A stretch of DNA of 60,190 nt. Origin: a virus. Taxonomy: Duplodnaviria; Caudoviricetes. Of this stretch, positions 19,094 to 26,825 are shown piece after piece (positions within the stretch are counted from its first letter, which is position 1; every line of letters starts with the position of its first letter). The stretch covers positions 1 to 60,190 of the IMG/VR virus record IMGVR_UViG_3300046786_000688, one strand, 5' to 3'. Position numbers and translations under genes: made by a program. The notes under the pieces were generated by a model that saw only the letters and a list, made by a program, of their open reading frames with translations, was not told the DNA's origin and searched no databases.

Positions 19094-21016
19094 ATGACAC
19101 AGGAATGGCTAGAGCTAATCAAGAAAGAGGGATGGGAGCTTTCTAGGGATGACGGAACCACAAAAGTAATCGTCGAGGGAGAAGCATATAAACTAAATCA
19201 CCCAGCTGCCATTCACTTAAAAAGATACCGCACATCCGAAAACCCAGACGTTAAATACAAACATCTCGTAGCTGCGCACCATTACTGTTGGCCCAAAGAT
19301 GTTAAAACCTGGCATTACTGGACAGAGCGTAGGTTCTACGAACACTGCGCCGGTTGGAATTATATGGGTTGGGCAGGGGGAGCTTCGACCACCAAGAGCT
19401 ACGACGCAGCCAAATTGGCTTTGTTATTTTGGCTTGCAAACCCCAAAAAACGCGGCGTCATCGTCGCCTCCACCACGTTGGAGTCAATGGAGGCGAGAGT
19501 TTGGGGATACATGACGACGCTATTAAAAAAACTCGAAGTTCCATTCGCGTATAAATACTACGGCGGCAAGCCTCCAAAACTATTATACCCAGCAGAAAAA
19601 CAAGCCGATGATAGCGGCAATAGAATCAAAGATACCATTCACGGCATCTTCGCCGTCGCTGCAAGGCAGGGAGAGGATGACTCAGCAATCAGCACCTGGA
19701 TTGGCCGCCATCCAGAAGAAGCCTTGCTTGTAATTCTCGATGAATGCACCGACTTAAATCTTGGCATAACCAAATCGTTTATTAACCTTGACGCCAATGA
19801 AAAGCCTTTTCAATTAATCGGCATAGGAAACTCTAACTCCTGGTACGATCTTCACGGCATTCTTTGCACTCCAAAAGACCCAAAGAAAGTTCTAGACCCA
19901 ATGAAGGATATTAAATGGGAAACTACACAGAGAAACGGGGTAGCTCTCTACTTTGGCCCCTACGAATCTCCAGCGATATTCGAAAAAGACCCAACAAAGA
20001 AAAAGCTTCTCTCCGCGTTTCTTCCCACAGAGAAATCAATCGAGGATAAGAAAACTCAATACGGAGAGCACAACGAATCCTTTTGGCGTTTCGGTTTAGG
20101 CTTTTGGAAAAGCAAAGCAGGCGATAATACGATTATCACCGAAGAGCTCTTAAAACTTGGCAATGCTTTCGAAAAGCCTGAATGGTTAGGGCTTGACCCT
20201 TTAGCATACGTAGGCGGTCTTGATATCGCCTTTAGCACAGGGGGCGATGAGTGCATCCTTCAGCTAGGTTTACTTGGGCAAACTACAGACGGGCGTATCG
20301 TACTTGATTTTAAAGGCGAATCCTTGCAGTTTCGAATCCCCATAGTTGCAAACAGCAAAGAGTACGCAGAGATTCAGATTGCAAAGAAAGCGTTAGAGAT
20401 AATGCGCAGGTACGGCATGTCGCTTGGAAACCTTGCAATCGATGCCACAGGGCAGGGACGTGCAATGGGAGGGACGTTACTTTTACAAGACGGGGGAGGG
20501 GGGCGAGGACCGATTAAGATATACAACGTCCGACACGGCGTACAGGAGGTAAATAGTTTTGAAGTTACCGTTAAAACTCCTTTAGACCTTTGGAACACTC
20601 TTAAATCTTTTGTCGAAGCAGGGAGTGTCAGGGGTGTGGGCCAGATTGCAGCGCAGCAATTAAAAACTCGAATGCTGGTACGCGATGAGAAAACCGGCAA
20701 AGTTAAACTTGAAACCAAGAAAGATTATAAGAAGCGCATGCAAGGAATTGCCCCAGCGCTTGCGCATTCCCCAGATGAAGCAGATGCGCATTGCTTATGC
20801 CTTCAAGCAGCGATAATTAACTTTGGTTTCTTTGAGGGCCAGGTAAAGCCGATACGCTCCTTATCCAATCATGAAGGCAGCGATAAGTACGCAGCATGGA
20901 AAGCTCAAGTCGAGAATCGCAAAGCGGCTCATCAACAGCCAATTGTGGCTGGTATTCCCTCTGCAACATTCACAGGTAATCTTTACGATTTAGTGAAGAA
21001 TAGAAAAAGCTGGTAA
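19094..21016 (+). CDS. terL: Terminase large subunit
   Basis: Walker A-like GGASTTKS, Walker B VILDE, coupling IGN, nuclease motifs GLDIA, IDATG, SPDEAD. Confidence 0.85.
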   Translation: MTQEWLELIKKEGWELSRDDGTTKVIVEGEAYKLNHPAAIHLKRYRTSENPDVKYKHLVAAHHYCWPKDVKTWHYWTERRFYEHCAGWNYMGWAGGASTTKSYDAAKLALLFWLANPKKRGVIVASTTLESMEARVWGYMTTLLKKLEVPFAYKYYGGKPPKLLYPAEKQADDSGNRIKDTIHGIFAVAARQGEDDSAISTWIGRHPEEALLVILDECTDLNLGITKSFINLDANEKPFQLIGIGNSNSWYDLHGILCTPKDPKKVLDPMKDIKWETTQRNGVALYFGPYESPAIFEKDPTKKKLLSAFLPTEKSIEDKKTQYGEHNESFWRFGLGFWKSKAGDNTIITEELLKLGNAFEKPEWLGLDPLAYVGGLDIAFSTGGDECILQLGLLGQTTDGRIVLDFKGESLQFRIPIVANSKEYAEIQIAKKALEIMRRYGMSLGNLAIDATGQGRAMGGTLLLQDGGGGRGPIKIYNVRHGVQEVNSFEVTVKTPLDLWNTLKSFVEAGSVRGVGQIAAQQLKTRMLVRDEKTGKVKLETKKDYKKRMQGIAPALAHSPDEADAHCLCLQAAIINFGFFEGQVKPIRSLSNHEGSDKYAAWKAQVENRKAAHQQPIVAGIPSATFTGNLYDLVKNRKSW

Positions 21017-21065
21017 AAAAACGGGGCATTCGTCGGCCAACCACTAAGCGTAAGAGATGCCCCGT
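21015..21065. terminator. Inverted repeat between convergent genes
   Basis: acggggcat (21021-21029) / atgccccgt (21057-21065) with an A-run on the left; the loop is long (27 nt). Confidence 0.45.
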
Positions 21066-21104
21066 CTGCACTAAAACCAGGAAAAGTTCTTATGCAATTA
21101 AAGC

Positions 21105-21353
21105 TTAGTCAGGAAATTTAAGCTTTAGCAAGCGGTTTTTAGCTCTTCTAAACGAAGCTAATACACAGTCAGGATGAATCATGACCTTCTCAGTAACTGG
21201 ATCAATAAATCCATGCACAACTTTTGATCGCTTCACATATGTCGCTACGCTTCCAACTCTAGGAAAAAGAGATTTGAACTGATCCTCTGGTATGTATCTT
21301 GATATCGGCAGATGTCTTAGTTGAAACACAGTAGCGATATAATCTTCAATCAT
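21105..21353 (-). CDS. Hypothetical protein
   Basis: Likely ATG 21353 overlapping the end of the upstream gene. Confidence 0.5.
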   Translation of the reverse strand: MIEDYIATVFQLRHLPISRYIPEDQFKSLFPRVGSVATYVKRSKVVHGFIDPVTEKVMIHPDCVLASFRRAKNRLLKLKFPD

Positions 21354-21663
21354 CGGGATATACGATATTCCCTTTAAGGGTCTGACGAGCAGTAGTGCCA
21401 TATGGATGCCCCATTATCTCCGAGCGAAGCTTAATCAGTTTCTCCACTTGATTGATAAGCGCAAGCGCTTTGCCAAAAGAGTTAGCTTTACCCCACAGTC
21501 CATGTACAACAGCCAGCATTGTATTATACGCCTGAATATTCGCCTTAAGCGTATCATCCTGGTTATGCCGAAATTCTAAAGGCAGGGGGGCAGGTATGTT
21601 TATGCTGCTTGGAACGATTGAGGGTAAAGAGGTTTCCTTTTCTTGCTCGTCTTCTGTGGTCAT
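21346..21663 (-). CDS. Hypothetical protein, possible small terminase
   Basis: 105 aa, helical, near terL; function inferred from position only. Confidence 0.4.
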   Translation of the reverse strand: MTTEDEQEKETSLPSIVPSSINIPAPLPLEFRHNQDDTLKANIQAYNTMLAVVHGLWGKANSFGKALALINQVEKLIKLRSEIMGHPYGTTARQTLKGNIVYPDD

Positions 21664-21670
21664 GGGTGGA

Positions 21671-22210
21671 TTATAACTTTAATATCTTTTTGATAAAAGC
21701 TACTACTTTGCGCTCTAACTCGTAGTTCCCTTTTACTTTCCAAGCTAGACGTATCAATTCTGCATGCTCTGATGCCATGTGTTCTTCCTGTGATGAATAC
21801 AAAATAAGATTGTTAATATCATTGTCTGCCCTGTTCCGATTAATATGGTGTACGCACTCTCCTTTAATCAAAGCCCTGTTTAAATGTTTTTCCATTACTA
21901 AAACGTGCTCTGCTACATATCCATCTTGGTTTGCTAAAAGATGTCCTGGCCGGTGAATGTATCGATAACCTTTACTAAGATAAGGAGCTCTTCCTTGCTC
22001 TTTAGTAGTCATCTCTCTACCTATTCTTTTATTATCTGCCGCAGCTTTTTTATATGCTTGCAGCGATTTAGCTTCTATTTCTATTACGGTTCTCGTTCTC
22101 AGTAAGCGCTTTCTGCCTACAAGGCGTCCATCTTCAACGCACTGCAGTACGTGATTTCTAGAGCAGCCTAGAGCGAGAGAAGCTTCATGTGTCGTTACGT
22201 ATGTGGCCAT
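21671..22210 (-). CDS. HTH plus HNH endonuclease
   Basis: N-terminal excisionase-like HTH; YVAEHVLVME...VHHINRNRADNDINNL HNH motif. Confidence 0.8.
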   Translation of the reverse strand: MATYVTTHEASLALGCSRNHVLQCVEDGRLVGRKRLLRTRTVIEIEAKSLQAYKKAAADNKRIGREMTTKEQGRAPYLSKGYRYIHRPGHLLANQDGYVAEHVLVMEKHLNRALIKGECVHHINRNRADNDINNLILYSSQEEHMASEHAELIRLAWKVKGNYELERKVVAFIKKILKL

Positions 22211-22550
22211 ATGGGATTCCTTATATAGTTCACGAGACTCTTACCAGGGATTTAAAGGCGTGGCAAGGGAGCTTGTGGAATCGATGCTACGTAGTAGACA
22301 CACGCGACGGGGGCGGCTCGTTTTATCGTCTCCCGATCACGCATTTATAAATAAGAGAGTACCCATTTTATTATTTAAAATAGCGTGATCTGTAAATTAT
22401 CGACATAACTTTACATCCTGAGAACTCCAGAACTAAGTAACTAAACACCAGAACGATTAAAACATGCGGATATGATCGGACCATTCGAGCGGCAAAATAG
22501 TTTAAGGCGAATCGATGGAAGCTTATTCAGCATCTTTAACAAAATAATAT

Positions 22551-22579
22551 TTGCAAGAATATTAATATTGTGATGTAAT
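22551..22579 (+). promoter_or_regulatory. Sigma70-like early promoter
   Basis: TTGCAA-17 bp-TGTAAT with AT-rich upstream tract, ahead of the first plus-strand gene. Confidence 0.6.
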
Positions 22580-22656
22580 GAGAAAAATTCAGGGAATATT
22601 CAATATTCCCAATGTGTTTACATGTAGTTAGTTGTCACAATTTAACTAAGGTAGGT

Positions 22657-22923
22657 ATGAAAACATTTGAAAAGCGAATCATCCTAAACAAACTAAGTCA
22701 TAATGGAATTATTCTAGACGATAATCTCCAATGCACTCGTGGAAACTATCGCCTATCCGTAAAGCCTAATGGGGTTAGGGATAGTGTACTGACTCTATGG
22801 TATATCGTGATCGATAATCTTAAAGACCCTAGTGATCCGACTACTGACTATTTCACCAGTTACTATCCGACCACAATTAATGCAGCAATTCGGGCGATGT
22901 TTCCAGATCACAGCAACGAATAG
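22657..22923 (+). CDS. Hypothetical early protein
   Basis: ATG 22657 after AAGGTAGG. Confidence 0.55.
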   Translation: MKTFEKRIILNKLSHNGIILDDNLQCTRGNYRLSVKPNGVRDSVLTLWYIVIDNLKDPSDPTTDYFTSYYPTTINAAIRAMFPDHSNE

Positions 22924-22943
22924 ACAGCTCATTAGGGGAAAAT

Positions 22944-24215
22944 ATGACAATCAATACTCTTACTACTTTTCAGGCTTGCAATTGTGGCCAACATGCATTC
23001 ATCCAATTGACTTGTAATTATTGCAAGCAAAATACTTGTCACGCTCATTTAACTACAATCGACAACGAACGATTATGTACTAATTGCATGTCACAGGTAG
23101 TAGGAGAATGTGAAGAGTGCAATGAAATTCATATCTTAAGACAAGATACACCGAATCAGAAAATATGCATTCAATGTTCTGAAGATTATCTCCAATGTGA
23201 TCGATGTGGTGAATACCATGATCCTGTAGATATTCACTCCGATGATTCGATTGTATTATGCGATCACTGTTACGATAACTATTATTTTACATGCGAATCA
23301 TGCTCATCAATATGCCATACCGATCAAATGAGATCGTTAAACTGCGATGACAGCGCATGTTATTGCGAATCCTGTGCGGATTCTCATCATGAATACTGCG
23401 AAGAGTGTAACGGCACAGGCAATGCCGAAACATTGGCAGATCATGCGAACCAATTAAGGAATAACGGCGCGTCTGCGATTCTCGATTATCATCCCGATAT
23501 CGAGCTCGAACCAATTCAGCACTATATTGATGACTCCTCCCGTATGATCGGCATTGAACTCGAAATTGAGCATAAAAGATTGTCTAACATGTCCGATACT
23601 TGCCGCTATTTAGGCAAGGAATTATCAGGGAAAGTGATTTTAACTCACGACGGATCACTAAGTATTACAGGGTATGAGATCGTTACCGTTCCTATGACTT
23701 ATCACGCATATAAGCATGTCGAATGGCATAAAATACTTCCAGAATTATCAAAACTTGGCGCGATATCTCACGATAGTGAGAATTGCGGATTACATATTCA
23801 TCTCAGTAACGAATGGTTTTATTATAACAACGATCAAAAGGTTATCGATGTCACCAAACGATATCAAATCCTATTTTGTAAACTTCAAGGATTATTAATT
23901 CGATTCTCACGGCGCAATGATGACCAAATCTCGCGGTATTGTGCTTTTAACATTGGATCATCTTCAAGGTATTCAGCAGTAAACTTAACAAATTCGAACA
24001 CGGTAGAAATTAGACTTTGGCGAGGTACGCTTAAACCTGATTCGTTCAATGCATGTATTGATATGACGTTCGCAATTCTAGACTTTACCTATGCGCATTC
24101 ATGCGCGCATTTATGGCACTATACCCAAGTAAACAGGGTATTTAAAACTTGGCTCAAAACATCTCGTTATCACAAGCTAGTAAAATATTTAATCGATATG
24201 GGAGTAACAATATAA
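22944..24215 (+). CDS. Putative amidoligase (COOH-NH2 ligase) with N-terminal CxxC array
   Basis: IGIELEIE, HDGSL, GYEIVT, CGLHIH, RYSAVN, TVEIRLWRGTL motifs. Confidence 0.8.
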   Translation: MTINTLTTFQACNCGQHAFIQLTCNYCKQNTCHAHLTTIDNERLCTNCMSQVVGECEECNEIHILRQDTPNQKICIQCSEDYLQCDRCGEYHDPVDIHSDDSIVLCDHCYDNYYFTCESCSSICHTDQMRSLNCDDSACYCESCADSHHEYCEECNGTGNAETLADHANQLRNNGASAILDYHPDIELEPIQHYIDDSSRMIGIELEIEHKRLSNMSDTCRYLGKELSGKVILTHDGSLSITGYEIVTVPMTYHAYKHVEWHKILPELSKLGAISHDSENCGLHIHLSNEWFYYNNDQKVIDVTKRYQILFCKLQGLLIRFSRRNDDQISRYCAFNIGSSSRYSAVNLTNSNTVEIRLWRGTLKPDSFNACIDMTFAILDFTYAHSCAHLWHYTQVNRVFKTWLKTSRYHKLVKYLIDMGVTI

Positions 24216-24823
24216 TGTGCGTAATCGTTTATAAACCTAAGAATAAAATAATTTCAGAGAATACAATTCTTAAAATGTGGGAAAGTAACCCGCATGGGGC
24301 TGGATTAGTGGTTATCTCTAAAGATAAACACACCATATCCAAAGGGTATTTTACTCCCGAATTACTACTGCAGGATTTAGAATCCTTGCAAAATTGCTCA
24401 TTGGCTCTACATTTCAGATACGCGACTCACGGCGCGATAACTGAGAGACAATGCCATCCTTTTATATTGTCCAATGATATTACTACCGCGTCAGAAGTAT
24501 TCATTGAAACGTCACAGCCTATATTGATGCATAATGGCGTAATCAATGGGTTCGGGAATAACAAAATCTCCGATACATTGGACTATGTGACTAATGTTTT
24601 GGCTCATATCCCATGCATTAAAGCACGAAAGAAACTACTGCATTCTACGGGCTCAAAATACCTATTGATTGAAGATAGTAAAATTCATTTTATAGGCAAG
24701 TTTGACAGTTATCACGGGCTGCAGGTCTCGAATACTTACTGGGATGACTCGCTATTTTACCCTGAAAACTCCTCCAATCCGACTACAAAAAACTATAACT
24801 TTTCAAAATACTTTAAGGATTAA
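24215..24823 (+). CDS. Class II glutamine amidotransferase (Ntn hydrolase)
   Basis: N-terminal M-C; NPHGAG, HFRYATHG, CHPF, MHNG, SDT; TAATG coupling to the amidoligase. Confidence 0.85.
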   Translation: MCVIVYKPKNKIISENTILKMWESNPHGAGLVVISKDKHTISKGYFTPELLLQDLESLQNCSLALHFRYATHGAITERQCHPFILSNDITTASEVFIETSQPILMHNGVINGFGNNKISDTLDYVTNVLAHIPCIKARKKLLHSTGSKYLLIEDSKIHFIGKFDSYHGLQVSNTYWDDSLFYPENSSNPTTKNYNFSKYFKD

Positions 24824-24828
24824 ACGCC

Positions 24829-25092
24829 ATGCGATTAAATACACTACAAGGAAAGTCATCTTTCACACTAACGACACCTAAACATGAATTACTATTCTCT
24901 CACGGCGCATTGATTGCCGTACGAGTGAAAAGCTCTACAGGTCAATCTTGCGTAGTCTACTGCAAAAAAATCCTATCCCGTGACGCTACGCAAAATCACT
25001 TAAAGCTCTTCATTCAAGAGACCGATGAAATTAAAACCATGCCTAATTCATGGTTTAATGAGCTCGATATTGATTTAGTTGTTAAACATTAA
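24829..25092 (+). CDS. Hypothetical early protein
   Basis: ORF with AAGGA SD, tightly packed. Confidence 0.55.
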   Translation: MRLNTLQGKSSFTLTTPKHELLFSHGALIAVRVKSSTGQSCVVYCKKILSRDATQNHLKLFIQETDEIKTMPNSWFNELDIDLVVKH

Positions 25093-25102
25093 AAGGAGAA
25101 CC

Positions 25103-25543
25103 ATGTATAAAAACCACACCGATGAATCACCACAGTTTGATGATTCTGAAGAAACAAAACGCAAAGAGGCTTTAGACTTTCATCGTAGGGTAAAACTGCA
25201 GCGTAAAGCACTCGGCTTGCCTGACTTGCACCACTATGATTTAGAGCAATACGTGCAAGTTTTAATTAATGGCGCGACCGTGTTTCACGTTCTAGCCACA
25301 ATGCAATGCAGTGATCGAATTGATTTAGTCGATTCATGCGATAACGGAAGCAATCCAGCATGCGATGCGCTTGAGCTCAAATTCAAGCAATTCACAAAAC
25401 AATATTTAGGGCTAGAGCTCCTCACGTCTGGTGATCCTCGCGGGGCAGTATGGAAAATTCCATGTGACCGTGAAATTGCTAATACTTGGGAAGCGAATAG
25501 CTTCTACGTTCCAAGCTCCGACTCTGCTTATTTTAGCTTTTAA
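25103..25543 (+). CDS. Hypothetical early protein
   Basis: AAGGAG SD before ATG 25103. Confidence 0.6.
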   Translation: MYKNHTDESPQFDDSEETKRKEALDFHRRVKLQRKALGLPDLHHYDLEQYVQVLINGATVFHVLATMQCSDRIDLVDSCDNGSNPACDALELKFKQFTKQYLGLELLTSGDPRGAVWKIPCDREIANTWEANSFYVPSSDSAYFSF

Positions 25544-25621
25544 CTTTACCGCATAAGCTCTTAAGCCTATTACCTTATAGGCTTATGAGCTCCTATGCGC
25601 CTTTTAAAGGCATTTATTTAT

Positions 25622-25834
25622 ATGAAACGCTCCATACCTACCGAAAAACCTTTTGATACCTATAAGCATTGGATACAGGCCGAACGTGCAGGATTTTGGA
25701 CCAATACTCTCACGGGCGAATCATCGATCTGGCATCCAATGGCCGTAGAAATTGCAGCACCATTATACAGCAAAGCCTCTAAATGGTGCCGCGATGCTGC
25801 AGACTCACATAACAAACGAGCAAAGGAGAAATAA
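25622..25834 (+). CDS. Hypothetical early protein
   Basis: ORF in packed plus-strand array; start uncertain (25595 or 25622). Confidence 0.5.
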   Translation: MKRSIPTEKPFDTYKHWIQAERAGFWTNTLTGESSIWHPMAVEIAAPLYSKASKWCRDAADSHNKRAKEK

Positions 25835-25837
25835 TAT

Positions 25838-25972
25838 ATGACAGTCGAGAAAACTTTTCAGGGCTATAGAATCAGCACCATGCATGCAGGTTACTTAGTT
25901 TCGCGTCTCTATATTGGCTACTCAAGAAAAGAGGCAATCCAACAATTTAAGCTTTACATTAAAGGAAAATGA
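25838..25972 (+). CDS. 44-aa hypothetical protein
   Basis: Hand translation MTVEKTFQGYRIS...YIGYSRKEAIQQFKLYIKGK; AAGGAG upstream. Confidence 0.6.
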   Translation: MTVEKTFQGYRISTMHAGYLVSRLYIGYSRKEAIQQFKLYIKGK

Positions 25973-25975
25973 CCT

Positions 25976-26227
25976 ATGGCTACGATTGACGAACTAATAA
26001 AAACACCGAGCGACCTTAAGTTTTGGCATCTGGAAAAACATCCAGATAGTCATTTCTTTGATCGCAAAACTCTACAGTTTTTCGGTGACACAATGGCAAA
26101 CTATGGCCTGAAGAAACATTCAAAGTACTATGAGCTTTTACGCAAGAGACCAGTAAAGCATGGTCTATTTAAATCTCATTTCTTTGACCGTTCGACACTA
26201 GAACATGTCACCAATCCAGTGTTTTAA
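25976..26227 (+). CDS. Hypothetical early protein
   Basis: HFFDRKTLQFFG motif; AAGGA SD. Confidence 0.6.
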   Translation: MATIDELIKTPSDLKFWHLEKHPDSHFFDRKTLQFFGDTMANYGLKKHSKYYELLRKRPVKHGLFKSHFFDRSTLEHVTNPVF

Positions 26228-26474
26228 CTATTTTCTATTGACTCATTTATTCAAATGATTTAATAGCAAAACGGTAAAACCTTATTATAGAAATAGCTAC
26301 TTTTGTCATCCGATTGTCACTGAGTAACCCTCATGGCAGTCGGATTTTCACATATTGGGCTCGCCACTCCCCCATTCTTCAAAGTTGCCCAGCCAAAAAC
26401 TTCAAACCCAAAAATCCCCATTTTCCCTGTTTTGTTCTATTCTTTAAAACACACCTATCCCAAAATGCTCAGGG

Positions 26475-26806
26475 TGTGCCATCGATCACCCCTTTTGTGC
26501 CATCCAAAAAATAGATGGCACAGGTCAATGGCACAGCAAAATAGCTAACTCTTTCAATACTTTAAGGCACATTTTTTACCTTCCTGAGCTCGTGTGCCAT
26601 CGATTTCTATATACTTCCCCTATGTACATGTGTGTGTGTACCCACACATACCACCATACACACAGCCTCATTACCCCTATATAAATTTTATTCATTTAAT
26701 CTTTAAAATAGATGGCCCAGATGGCACACTTTTAATATAACTATATGGTTTTTTTGAAAAAATTAAGGGTGTGCCATGCTCGGCCATCTACTTTTTTAAT
26801 GGCACA
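26475..26806. repeat. Iteron cluster, probable replication origin
   Basis: TGTGCCAT/ATGGCACA in both orientations near 26475, 26496, 26514, 26527, 26593, 26720, 26770 and 26798, plus degenerate copies; AT-rich tract; directly downstream of the primase-helicase. Confidence 0.75.
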
Positions 26807-26825
26807 CCCACCTGTTCTACTCTAG

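Noticed and set aside
26475-26806. Repeats as a CRISPR array
   Set aside because: Units are 8-9 bp, irregularly spaced and in both orientations, which fits iterons.
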